A DNA stretch of 57,025 nt from Escherichia phage PLYYY01. Location of the stretch: the sequence record MZ911962.1; one strand, 5' to 3'. Made by a program: the position numbers and the translations under genes. Position 1 is the stretch's first letter; the number at the start of each line of letters is the position of its first letter. A model generated the notes under the pieces. The model saw only the letters and a program-made list of their open reading frames with translations, made no database searches and was not told the DNA's origin. Shown here one piece after another: positions 10,045-19,170 of the stretch.

Positions 10045-10154
10045 TGTGGTTAAAGATGATAGGTAATATTGTTTTATATTCTAATTTAATTTACCATATT
10101 TGTATGCCATAGTGCATCCATTAATTGATCAACTCTGCGAGACAAGAGGTAAAA

Positions 10155-12707
10155 ATGGCAACTCGTTTATATGGTGTTTTGCTTGACGGATTAAAAAAAC
10201 CAATCGTTAACGCAACGGTTGTCCTCTTAGCAAAAGGGAACACAATAACAGTCCTTAACGGTAGCGAAGCAATCTTTAACACCGATGCTCAAGGCGCTTA
10301 TAATATCACAGTACAGCCTGGTTACTATAAAGTGATCATAGGTCCACAAGGTATTGAACCCTATAAAGCTGGGGAAATTGCAATATATGCTGACAGCCTG
10401 GAAGGCTCGCTTAATAGCTATTTGGTCAACTGGGCAGAAGAAGATTTAACCCCTGAAGTTATTAAACAAGTTAAAGAGCTTGTAGCAATCTCAGAAGAAT
10501 ACTCGCTTCAAGCTGGGCGTTCTGCTGCTGCGGCACAAGCTGATGCTACAGATGCTCGCAATAGCAAGGCTTCCGCTGCCCAATCCGCTTCAGATGCTCT
10601 TGTCTATAAGAATGATTCTAAGACTAATGCTGATGTAGCTAAACAAGCACAAGCTGGAGCTGCTGGGTCTGCTAACACTGCCAGTGCAGCTTTAACCACG
10701 ATTCAAGGTATTCAAAAGGATGTTACCGCATCCAAGGACCGCGCTGTAACGGCAGAAACCAATGCTATGTCCAGCGAGACTGTGGCTACGCAAGCTAAAA
10801 CCGACGCTGTTACTGCTAAAGATCAAGCTATAGCTGCTAAGGATAAAGCTCAACAAATTGCAAATTCAATAGACCCTCAATCAATTAAAAATTCTATAGG
10901 TCTTGGTGTTGAAAGACGCTACCTTTCGGATCTAACAAAGCCTTTCTCAGATGTTGGTTTTTTCATGATCAACTCTAGTACGATTGGGTATCCTTCTATA
11001 GCTGACCAATCAGCTATGTCCGGTTATGTAGCAAGGCAGGATGGTTCACCTTCCTATACGGGACTGTTTGTAGATCCTGGTCATGGTCACGCTTACACCA
11101 TGACGCAATTTAATAATGTTGCAACATTCCGCCAATTAACTTTCTCCGCAGATGTTGATAGAATTAAACAACTATCCTCAGGTACTCGCGTTTACGGCGG
11201 CCCTCAAGATGAACGTTATTTTGAAATTCACACTGGTGCATGGGGTGTTTATAACGTAACACAAAAGAAATGGCTGCCATTAGCCATTCAACAAGGCGGA
11301 ACTGGAGCTGTTAGTGCGGACGATGCATTGAAGAACATTGGTGGGTTCAAAATGCAAAGGGCGTCCCTTTATACAGAAAATTTAAATGATATTACAGGAT
11401 CCAAATGCGGCGTCTATTTTCAAAGTAGCAGTGCTAATGCGTCCAAGGATAGAAACTACCCTGTACAAGTAGCGGGTGTTTTACTCGTATACGCAAGTTT
11501 TGCGAACGGTCCTGAAAGTTGCATACAAGAATATATAGAATATAACACAGGGACAAGATATATAAGAGCTTACAATGTGGGGCCTGGTACTTGGACCCAA
11601 TGGAAGAATGTTGTAGTAGCTGGTCAAAATATAACATTTGCAGGAGTAACCACACGGGGACAGGATACCACATCCAGTTCATTTGTAAGCCAAGTTACAA
11701 ATGCTTCCGGAACTACTATCGGACAGTTTGAAGCAAGAGCAGACACGACTGGAAACGCTTCCCTTATAGTTCGGGATCTTAGCGGTTCCAATTCTAGATT
11801 TTACACATTAAATTTAAACGGGAGTTTTGACGCGCCTGAAGGTTATGCGCTAAAAACAACCTCTGACTGGAATGCATTATTGAATGTGAACGCATCATCC
11901 TTCAAAATGGTTTCCGGTCCAACAAACTCACCAGTTGAAACCGTCAACTATGGTGGGTTCCACCTAAGCTTTAGCGGTAATTACGGCGTCCAGTTTGCTG
12001 GCAGAAATAATGATTACATGCTTCGTGGAATTGAGGCCGGGGAGTATTCCGACTGGAACAGAATTATAGTTGGTACTAAAGCAAAATATATACCTTTCGA
12101 TTCCCGAGATGGTTTTATTAGCGACAATGACGGTAACACCACATGGGCTCCTAGCAATGGGGGCGGTTTCCAAGCCAGTTATGCGGAAAACCGCATTATG
12201 CAAGGATGGATTGATGGAGCTGGTCGTCTTTATGGTCGCTTCTTAACGTCAGATCAGGCAACAACTCCAAAAACCGATGTAGCTTGGAAGAGTTCCGCAA
12301 TGTTGGAGCTGGATAACAGATTCACAGGAACCAATACATTTATCGGGGATGTTGCGTGCAGTGCAGCTAACCCGTTGCGATTAAGATCGGGGAACCCGAC
12401 AATATCATTTGTTGAGTCCGACGCAAGCGAATCTACTTATTTATTTGTAGCAGATGGCGGGGGCTTTAGACTTAACAGGGATACCACAGCTGGAGCAGAA
12501 TTGTTCAGCTACAGCAGATCCCAAAACAATTTAAAGCTGGGAGTAAGCTCGTATTTCACCTTAAACACAAGATTTGATCAAGGCTGGACGTCTAAAGGTT
12601 CCGTAGATGTAACTACTACAGGCTATAGCACAGTCTCGGTTATTACAACGTCTTCTACAGACGCTGTTGGTGCACGAAACCAATTTGAACATCGAGCGTC
12701 AAGCTGA
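10155..12707 (+). CDS. tail fiber protein
   Basis: ATG at 10155 preceded by AGAGG (ORF-track start 10125 is less likely). About 850 aa with an N-terminal Ala/Ser/Thr/Gln-rich repetitive coiled region and a long beta-rich C-terminal part; follows the J-like gene. Confidence 0.65.
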   Translation: MATRLYGVLLDGLKKPIVNATVVLLAKGNTITVLNGSEAIFNTDAQGAYNITVQPGYYKVIIGPQGIEPYKAGEIAIYADSLEGSLNSYLVNWAEEDLTPEVIKQVKELVAISEEYSLQAGRSAAAAQADATDARNSKASAAQSASDALVYKNDSKTNADVAKQAQAGAAGSANTASAALTTIQGIQKDVTASKDRAVTAETNAMSSETVATQAKTDAVTAKDQAIAAKDKAQQIANSIDPQSIKNSIGLGVERRYLSDLTKPFSDVGFFMINSSTIGYPSIADQSAMSGYVARQDGSPSYTGLFVDPGHGHAYTMTQFNNVATFRQLTFSADVDRIKQLSSGTRVYGGPQDERYFEIHTGAWGVYNVTQKKWLPLAIQQGGTGAVSADDALKNIGGFKMQRASLYTENLNDITGSKCGVYFQSSSANASKDRNYPVQVAGVLLVYASFANGPESCIQEYIEYNTGTRYIRAYNVGPGTWTQWKNVVVAGQNITFAGVTTRGQDTTSSSFVSQVTNASGTTIGQFEARADTTGNASLIVRDLSGSNSRFYTLNLNGSFDAPEGYALKTTSDWNALLNVNASSFKMVSGPTNSPVETVNYGGFHLSFSGNYGVQFAGRNNDYMLRGIEAGEYSDWNRIIVGTKAKYIPFDSRDGFISDNDGNTTWAPSNGGGFQASYAENRIMQGWIDGAGRLYGRFLTSDQATTPKTDVAWKSSAMLELDNRFTGTNTFIGDVACSAANPLRLRSGNPTISFVESDASESTYLFVADGGGFRLNRDTTAGAELFSYSRSQNNLKLGVSSYFTLNTRFDQGWTSKGSVDVTTTGYSTVSVITTSSTDAVGARNQFEHRASS

Positions 12708-12912
12708 AGCTACCCGTGCGCTGATCCGTGACCAGCACGCACAGGCGCAAGCAGTTCTGATCTGTGACCTGAAATCTCAGTTGCAGGAAGCTCGCTTTGC
12801 AAACTCTCAGTTGGCACAAACGGCTGGTCTTACTTGTAAGATCAATCAGGTTGAGCAGTTAGTTAACTTTAAACTGCCAACTCCTCCGACTCCTCCGACT
12901 GGCTGCTGCTAA
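12667..12912 (+). CDS. small ORF overlapping the tail fiber 3' end in the +1 frame (possible frameshift extension or overlapping gene)
   Basis: Frame open from 12613. No ATG and no obvious Shine-Dalgarno; only TTG/GTG at 12667/12670. Coiled-coil-like product ending PTPPTPPTGCC. Confidence 0.25.
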   Translation: MVHETNLNIERQAEATRALIRDQHAQAQAVLICDLKSQLQEARFANSQLAQTAGLTCKINQVEQLVNFKLPTPPTPPTGCC

Positions 12913-12936
12913 TCGTTGAAGTGTGGTTAAACTAAA

Positions 12937-12969
12937 GCGCCTTTCGCTCCTCCGCTTGGGGCGCTTTTA
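12937..12969 (+). terminator. intrinsic terminator after tail fiber region
   Basis: Stem AAAGCGCC / GGCGCTTT followed by TTTT. Confidence 0.5.
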
Positions 12970-12983
12970 ACAGAGGTACTATC

Positions 12984-13352
12984 ATGAGCCACATTAAAAT
13001 CGCAACGATGGGAATGCCACGGGTCAAATTGCCTAAGGTTGCTTTACCTCGCATTAGCGTAGGCGAGCACCACCATGAACATGAGAAAGAGGGATATAAA
13101 CATGCTCACTCTTATGCTCGAGATCATGAACATATGGCAGCTATGTCAAATGTTCTTGACCGGATGGAAGAACCTCCGCATACGTGGGCGGCGTACCACG
13201 ACAAGCCCGGCGGTATGATGTCCATTGTTGAAATGGAATACCGCGAATTAATGGAGTGTAAGAAAGAAGGCGACCGCGCAGGGATCATGAAAGAGTTGAC
13301 CGATCTTGCCGCAGCTTGTACTTGCGCTCTTCAAAAAATGAAAGATATGTAA
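12984..13352 (+). CDS. hypothetical His-rich protein
   Basis: 122-aa ORF with ATG preceded by AGAGG. His-rich segment GEHHHEHEKEGYKHAHSYARDHEH. Weak resemblance of the C-terminal part to all-alpha NTP-pyrophosphatase (MazG-like) motifs; not confident. Confidence 0.4.
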   Translation: MSHIKIATMGMPRVKLPKVALPRISVGEHHHEHEKEGYKHAHSYARDHEHMAAMSNVLDRMEEPPHTWAAYHDKPGGMMSIVEMEYRELMECKKEGDRAGIMKELTDLAAACTCALQKMKDM

Positions 13353-13367
13353 GAATAGGAAGCCGAC

Positions 13368-13898
13368 ATGCAAAACGTAAACGCAGGAATGGGCGTAACC
13401 CAGTTCAACGGGATGAAACCGAAAAACTCCATCAACATGGGCGGTGTTGATTGGACGTTACGTCGGGACGCTACCGATTCAACTACCATGTTCCCACACC
13501 AGAAGGTCAGCTGGCTTAATGCTGGCTGTGAACCTATGGGTGATGGAAGGGTTCATTACTGTTGGATTATGGGAGTGATACCGCCTACGCCGGGCACTAT
13601 CGAACGACCCGTGAATGTGATGTATGTCGGCTTCCACCAGTTTAAAATCACGATCGCTCCAAACTCCATTAGTCAGTCTGATCTTGATCGTATGCACGTT
13701 TACGTCAGCGATGGTACAGACTTTGCAGGTGATTTTATTAATAAGTTTCTTGGTATGCAACCTGAGCAACCTGTAGAAGCTCGCGAGCACATTAGCCCGT
13801 GGCCACCAATGATTGATCAGGAAGTGTTGCAGCCAAAGACCGCTCAAACGGTCCCTCAGAAACCGGAGCAGAAGGTAAAACCAAATGACGAAGAATGA
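13368..13898 (+). CDS. hypothetical protein
   Basis: 176-aa ORF in the plus-strand operon after the tail fiber. Confidence 0.45.
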   Translation: MQNVNAGMGVTQFNGMKPKNSINMGGVDWTLRRDATDSTTMFPHQKVSWLNAGCEPMGDGRVHYCWIMGVIPPTPGTIERPVNVMYVGFHQFKITIAPNSISQSDLDRMHVYVSDGTDFAGDFINKFLGMQPEQPVEAREHISPWPPMIDQEVLQPKTAQTVPQKPEQKVKPNDEE

Positions 13899-14169
13899 AG
13901 GTATTGATAAAGTTGTTGAAGGGCTTTCTATTCGCGCTCATGTTATAGCAGATGAAGGTCATGACCAACTTACTATTATGAAATCCGCATTCAGCGATTT
14001 CAAGTCGCTTGGAAACTTAAGCGGGTTAATGACGGTGGTGTCGACCGGAAAATTAACCCAGCAGCAAATCAGTCTAGCTCAACGTATTGCTGTTAAAGTT
14101 ATTGCGGTACTTGGAATGATTGAAGCCGAAAAGCCCAGTTCCAAGCAGGATAACGAAAGCGACCTTTAA
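13885..14169 (+). CDS. hypothetical protein
   Basis: 94-aa ORF overlapping the upstream stop. Confidence 0.4.
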   Translation: MTKNEGIDKVVEGLSIRAHVIADEGHDQLTIMKSAFSDFKSLGNLSGLMTVVSTGKLTQQQISLAQRIAVKVIAVLGMIEAEKPSSKQDNESDL

Positions 14170-14180
14170 GGAGGTCTACT

Positions 14181-14384
14181 ATGTGTGGTAATACTAACCG
14201 TTGCTGTTTAGGCAGTCCTGCAACACAAGCAGGTATACTCCAGGGGCAATTGGCTCAAGCAGCGTGTAATTGCAAGACGTTTCAACCAGTAGCGCCAACT
14301 CCTGTGTTTGTAAATGCTTTTGCACCGCCTGTTTTCAATACTTTTGGCGTATACCCATACGGTGCTTTCTTTCGTATATTCTAA
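14181..14384 (+). CDS. hypothetical small Cys-rich protein
   Basis: 67-aa ORF preceded by AAGGAGG. N-terminal Cys cluster (MCGNTNRCC, CNC). Confidence 0.4.
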   Translation: MCGNTNRCCLGSPATQAGILQGQLAQAACNCKTFQPVAPTPVFVNAFAPPVFNTFGVYPYGAFFRIF

Positions 14385-14391
14385 GAAGAGA

Positions 14392-14411
14392 AAAGGGGCA
14401 AACGCCCCTTT
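14392..14411. terminator. bidirectional intrinsic terminator at convergence of plus and minus blocks
   Basis: Hairpin AAAGGGG-CAAACG-CCCCTTT flanked by A-rich and T-rich runs, between the plus ORF stop (14384) and the minus ORF end (14414). Confidence 0.6.
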
Positions 14412-14413
14412 CT

Positions 14414-14695
14414 TTAACGCTTATGAAAAGCTGACAGGATTGCAAGTGTTACAGCACCCAATCCGACGACGGTAGCATAAGTGAGTTGGTGTTGAACTTT
14501 AACAAAACCGTAATAGGTGCTAGGGATCTCCACAATCCCAAACGCCATAGCAAAGCTGGTTCCAAGCAGTGCGACAGCAAGGGCGCGTAATAACGCCCTG
14601 CTCATTGCTGTGAAACCTTTCTCGTTACTGTCTCCAGTCATTATAACCACAATAATAAGAAACAGCGCAACAATTACTAGCAGGTATTCCATCAA
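14414..14695 (-). CDS. hypothetical membrane protein
   Basis: 93-aa ORF with two or three hydrophobic transmembrane-like segments. Confidence 0.45.
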   Translation of the reverse strand: MMEYLLVIVALFLIIVVIMTGDSNEKGFTAMSRALLRALAVALLGTSFAMAFGIVEIPSTYYGFVKVQHQLTYATVVGLGAVTLAILSAFHKR

Positions 14696-14898
14696 CGTCT
14701 TCTCCTGTACATGTATTGATCATAAGTAGTCGCAATAATAGTGACTGGCCAGCAAACAAGTATGCATAGAAGACTTACAATTTTCTCCCAACGTTTCTTA
14801 TGAGCTAGCGCATAATCATAATTATTCCAACAAAAGAAATAAGTCATTGCTGCAATCACAGCACCAATAATGAAATAAATAACTACATATTCATTCAT
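14692..14898 (-). CDS. hypothetical membrane protein
   Basis: 68-aa ORF with hydrophobic segments and a C-terminal RRRR. Confidence 0.4.
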   Translation of the reverse strand: MNEYVVIYFIIGAVIAAMTYFFCWNNYDYALAHKKRWEKIVSLLCILVCWPVTIIATTYDQYMYRRRR

Positions 14899-15086
14899 TT
14901 AGTAAACTCCCATTCTAAAGTATTACGATAGCTTGATGGTACATAACGCCCAGGGCGTGGATCAAAACTTTTAACTGAAAATTCCAGCGTTCCAGCGCTA
15001 TATAGTTGTACTTTTTGCCCGTCCCACGGTCCACCAATTAGCTTAAAAGTCTGTCTGTAACCTTTTGCTGCTCTAGCCATATTCAC
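14895..15086 (-). CDS. hypothetical protein
   Basis: 63-aa ORF in the minus operon. Confidence 0.35.
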   Translation of the reverse strand: MNMARAAKGYRQTFKLIGGPWDGQKVQLYSAGTLEFSVKSFDPRPGRYVPSSYRNTLEWEFTK

Positions 15087-15123
15087 TCCTTAAAATACCC
15101 GCGCGAACGCGGGTATTATTTTA

Positions 15124-15330
15124 TTACGCTTCCGGTGTTTCCGGAGTTGGCTCATCTGGAACAACAATAACGTCGGCTAAAACTTTCAACGCTTCTTGTT
15201 GCTCAGCGGTCATATTATTCCAGTAATAGACGTGAATGTAAACTACTGGTTTATCCCCATGTTGCCACGGTTCGCGACTTACTACATCCACACCTAAATC
15301 GCTTGCTACGCTCTTTTCTTTACCAGCCAT
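15124..15330 (-). CDS. hypothetical protein
   Basis: 68-aa ORF in the minus operon. Confidence 0.35.
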   Translation of the reverse strand: MAGKEKSVASDLGVDVVSREPWQHGDKPVVYIHVYYWNNMTAEQQEALKVLADVIVVPDEPTPETPEA

Positions 15331-15362
15331 GCTAATGTACCCCTTTAAGGTTTTACACGCAG

Positions 15363-15656
15363 CTAGCCCCCAAAAGTACCCCTATGATCAAGGGTTCTAA
15401 TGCGCTGCTCCAGCCAACGTGCGTTCTTTTCAAAATGTTTATTGGTACGCGCTGCTTTGCACGCATCAATAATACCTAACTCACATCCAAGCTGCGTTTG
15501 TCCCATCACGTAAGAATGGGTTAACATGCTGGATACAAGATCTTCACATTGTAACTTAATAGGATGGTCTTGGCATAATTTCTTTGCCGCATCCTTTAAA
15601 TCCACAGCTTGGACACCAGGCGCCATCAGCAAAGCTACAAGTAATAAACGTTTCAT
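15363..15656 (-). CDS. hypothetical secreted protein
   Basis: 97-aa ORF with a signal-peptide-like N-terminus MKRLLLVALLMAPGVQA and several Cys. Confidence 0.45.
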   Translation of the reverse strand: MKRLLLVALLMAPGVQAVDLKDAAKKLCQDHPIKLQCEDLVSSMLTHSYVMGQTQLGCELGIIDACKAARTNKHFEKNARWLEQRIRTLDHRGTFGG

Positions 15657-15940
15657 TATGCTTTCCCTTTACGACATAAGGCTTGAAGTTCCAGAAGCGC
15701 ATCAATGTCTTCCTGTGGAGTTACACCAACGTGAATTGGATATTTAGCGCGACATTCGTAGCCAACTTCAACAGTGTGGTTAATGTAGCCGTAAACACAT
15801 CCACCAATAACAGTGAAGATAAGCGCAACAATCATTGTAAGGTATTTACCTTGTTTGCGTTCTTCATTTTGTTTATTAAGCTGACGGTTAAGTTCCACCG
15901 CGTCGATTTTACCTTTGTTGTAATCGTCTACTAAGCTCAT
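15656..15940 (-). CDS. hypothetical membrane protein
   Basis: Likely start at internal Met (MSLVDDYNK); one transmembrane segment LTMIVALIFTVIGGCVYGYI. Confidence 0.4.
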   Translation of the reverse strand: MSLVDDYNKGKIDAVELNRQLNKQNEERKQGKYLTMIVALIFTVIGGCVYGYINHTVEVGYECRAKYPIHVGVTPQEDIDALLELQALCRKGKA

Positions 15941-16004
15941 TTTGCATCTCCTCTTGTTGTATGCATATATTAAAACAGACCCGCGAAGGGCCTGCAAGTA
16001 GAAT

Positions 16005-18044
16005 TTAGGCATATCCCATGTCTTCGAGATACTTCTCTGCTTTAGCTATATAAGCATCATAATCTATGTCGTCCGGTATTTTATCCGGTAGCGTCATGAT
16101 TGGGACACCTCCCGCGCTACCAGCTACACGGTTGCCCGAGTTAGCATAGATTATTTCGGGAGTTTCTTCATTGGTGCTTAAATACCAGCGTACAACCTTA
16201 CCCAAAAATTCGCCATTCCATACCGCGCCGCCTTTCACCGCACGTAGGATAATGAATTTTCTAATATCGTTGCAATTGCGTATAGTACGAGAAACAGGCG
16301 TACCGTGGGCCAAACATTCACATACAGCTTCCATGATAATTTCACCAGTACAGTTCTTTTGAAGCCCTGTTTTCGCGAACCAGCCTTTACGTTTGATTTC
16401 AACATTTCCTTCCTCATCAGGTTCTTTTACTGCAACATAGTTATTGACGTTAGCACTGTACAGCTTGTCATAGTAGTTGGATTCCATTTCAAAGCCTGTC
16501 ACAGACTCCCACCACTTGATCATGTTATCAACGAAGTCCTGCATGTGGTCAGGATACTTAACCACAATACCATCCGTGTTAGCTGAAATTACTTTAACAC
16601 CGTTCAGCTCAAACGCTTCAATGAGCATTAACAGCGATAGCTGTCCGGTGATAGTTACCTGTATCAATAATTGCGGCGCGTACAATACAGACCACATTGA
16701 ACCCAATTTACCGAACGATCCGTTGATTACGATCTTCAGCGTGTTGGCTGTGTTCTTGTCCCCTGAGTGCTTAGCCGCAATACGACGGTCTACAATGCTT
16801 TTATAAACACGAAGGAACGCTGGTCCCAACTGTTCGGGGTATAAGCCCTGATTAAGAATAATTGAAGGGTAATAGGACGTTACGTCAATGTCCCGCTTCT
16901 TAATACCGGGCTCTTTACCGTGACCAGCACACTCTTCGGAGCTATGCAAACCGCCAATACCCATACGGTACACACCGTCCGCAATCTTGATTTCAAGGCC
17001 TGTTAACGCTGGGGGCAAGCTAACGCCACCGTTATCGCTAACAACAAAGCGGCAGTCCCGAACAATATCCAAAACACTATTCATCAGAGGTGTTTGAAAA
17101 CGAATAAAGTCCGGTATGTTATACGCATACTTTGTTCCAGGATAAACTTGTGGACGCTGCGGACGCACACCAGTTAACGCTTGAATCTCATGCTTAATTA
17201 CATCTTCCGCAATCTGTGCATCTGAACGTGAACGCAGATCCACACCGTATTCTTGCGACATAATTTCACGAAGGTGCAAAGGTTCTTGTAATGCAATAAA
17301 ACATTCTTCCGTCTGTACAAGGTCGTTAATACAGTACCAGCGTACAATTAGCATCTGGTCCTGCGTTAACATGGTATTGGGTTTGAACGGTAAATCCTGC
17401 ATACGGCGAGTATGTACACGTCCGCCATATTGTTTCAAACCACCAGACCCAGGCAGAACTTCCATAATATCAATGTGGTTAACGTTCTGCATACGCTTAA
17501 GACGGTAACTCTTTAACACGTCAGAAGGACGCCAGTCTTCCACGATTATCTTATCGGTTGCATCTTTAAGCTGAGCATTAGAGCAGCCGTTAAGCGCAAG
17601 CGTAGCAATGGGCATATCGTACCCGTTACCGTTAAAGCTTACGATAAGGAAGTTTGTCATTACCCAGTTAAGTAACAAGCAATTCAAACTACAACCGTGA
17701 TACATTTCAAAGTAAACAACTTTCTTAGTTCGTACTCCGCGAAATGCAATTAAGAAATAGTTTGGATAACATTCAATATCGTACACAAGCGGTTCGCGGT
17801 TAATCCATGCTTGAATAAGTTCGTCCTGCGTATACAGGTTGTATTGGAAGTTCCGCGCTTCTTCAAGGTTAGGCAGATAATCCGGGCGCTCCCAAGTGCG
17901 CTCCGGCGGTAAACGTTTAACCTTTTCTTTCTTTGCTTTTGGCTCAGGCGGTAAGTCCTGCCAAAAGAAACCAATAGCATCTGTCCGCATTAGACACGTT
18001 CTCCAATTAATACACCGCGAAGATTTTCCCCAAAGAATGCGCAA
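16005..18044 (-). CDS. DNA polymerase, family B
   Basis: Motifs YDIECYP (Exo I), DVTSYYPS (motif A), KIVINGSFGKLG (motif B) and NTDGIVV (motif C). An internal ATG at 17988-17990 overlaps the upstream TAA (TAATG), suggesting the real start is 17990. Confidence 0.75.
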   Translation of the reverse strand: MRILWGKSSRCINWRTCLMRTDAIGFFWQDLPPEPKAKKEKVKRLPPERTWERPDYLPNLEEARNFQYNLYTQDELIQAWINREPLVYDIECYPNYFLIAFRGVRTKKVVYFEMYHGCSLNCLLLNWVMTNFLIVSFNGNGYDMPIATLALNGCSNAQLKDATDKIIVEDWRPSDVLKSYRLKRMQNVNHIDIMEVLPGSGGLKQYGGRVHTRRMQDLPFKPNTMLTQDQMLIVRWYCINDLVQTEECFIALQEPLHLREIMSQEYGVDLRSRSDAQIAEDVIKHEIQALTGVRPQRPQVYPGTKYAYNIPDFIRFQTPLMNSVLDIVRDCRFVVSDNGGVSLPPALTGLEIKIADGVYRMGIGGLHSSEECAGHGKEPGIKKRDIDVTSYYPSIILNQGLYPEQLGPAFLRVYKSIVDRRIAAKHSGDKNTANTLKIVINGSFGKLGSMWSVLYAPQLLIQVTITGQLSLLMLIEAFELNGVKVISANTDGIVVKYPDHMQDFVDNMIKWWESVTGFEMESNYYDKLYSANVNNYVAVKEPDEEGNVEIKRKGWFAKTGLQKNCTGEIIMEAVCECLAHGTPVSRTIRNCNDIRKFIILRAVKGGAVWNGEFLGKVVRWYLSTNEETPEIIYANSGNRVAGSAGGVPIMTLPDKIPDDIDYDAYIAKAEKYLEDMGYA

Positions 18045-18943
18045 GGTTGCGGATACAAACTAAAGTCCGCAGTCTTAACCACATTTTCAAGCAATAGCAG
18101 GATATCAATATTGTACACTCCCGTTATTGTTCGGTCCTGTAATACGAAGCTTGCACCTTCTGCATCGTCATAATGAGTACGCGCCAGACCGTTTTCGATA
18201 TATACACGCGGTCGGTCTTCTGCGAAAGGTTTGATTTTATGCAAGCCTTCAAAAAGACCTGGATCAACAGGATGTGCATTGCATGGAACATTTAAAATAC
18301 GACGTATATCTGGCCACTCCGCATCAATAAGCTGTGTCCGCAACCAGCGACCTTCCGGATAATGGAACGTGACATTGTTCTTGCTGACCTGAATATGCGT
18401 CGGGTTAGCTTTAATGCGAAGTATTTCTTTGATTGCAACGGAAGGTATTATGCAGTCAATAGGAAACTGATTACCAAACCAGTATTCCGCAATGGTGACG
18501 TTATTTGTAGCAAATAGACTACCGTTATTAATCAGGATACCGCAAGCCCACGGACGGGAAGCATCGGAGCCTACAAACGGAGCAACGGACTTCACACCAT
18601 GAACGAAGCGAGCACCATCTATTTCGTACAAATCACCTTCAGGGAATACGTGCGGCGTTTCTTTGTCAATGCAGCGTATAGCAACACGAAACGGACCGGA
18701 CTTGATATTTAACTTACCGTTAGCCATCATTGTTAACTGTACGGTTTCATCGCAGTTCGAAATAGCTTTAATCATAGGCCCAGCTTCAGGCTTGCAATCA
18801 ATATTCAGCTCAATAGGGCTACCCAGTGCAATAACACCGTTAAAACCTTGCACTTGCCCGTCACGAATAAGAAAGCTGGTAAGCCCTTCTACCAGTTCTT
18901 TCTTTGCTACGGAGCCTTGAACAAATTTAAGAGCGTCTAACAT
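17990..18943 (-). CDS. hypothetical protein translationally coupled to the DNA polymerase (possible processivity factor)
   Basis: 317-aa ORF whose stop overlaps the polymerase start. Function is a guess from position only. Confidence 0.45.
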   Translation of the reverse strand: MLDALKFVQGSVAKKELVEGLTSFLIRDGQVQGFNGVIALGSPIELNIDCKPEAGPMIKAISNCDETVQLTMMANGKLNIKSGPFRVAIRCIDKETPHVFPEGDLYEIDGARFVHGVKSVAPFVGSDASRPWACGILINNGSLFATNNVTIAEYWFGNQFPIDCIIPSVAIKEILRIKANPTHIQVSKNNVTFHYPEGRWLRTQLIDAEWPDIRRILNVPCNAHPVDPGLFEGLHKIKPFAEDRPRVYIENGLARTHYDDAEGASFVLQDRTITGVYNIDILLLLENVVKTADFSLYPQPCAFFGENLRGVLIGERV

Positions 18944-19170
18944 TAGCGATCCTCGATTGCTCTAATTGTGGTTAAATCTAATTCACAGGTTGGAGGGTAT
19001 CCATAAAGTCCCATTTGTTTTCCTTGTGCATTAAACCATGTACCTGACGGATCCTGCCACTGCTTAGGTGTCTTGTGGAGGAATACTACTCTGTTTTCAC
19101 CGTAATAATTAATTCTTACGCCTGTGTGAGTATATTTACGTTTACCTTTTGGTCTTCTTAAGTTAGCCAT
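18943..19170 (-). CDS. hypothetical protein
   Basis: 75-aa basic ORF between the DpdA-like and polymerase-accessory genes. Confidence 0.35.
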   Translation of the reverse strand: MANLRRPKGKRKYTHTGVRINYYGENRVVFLHKTPKQWQDPSGTWFNAQGKQMGLYGYPPTCELDLTTIRAIEDR

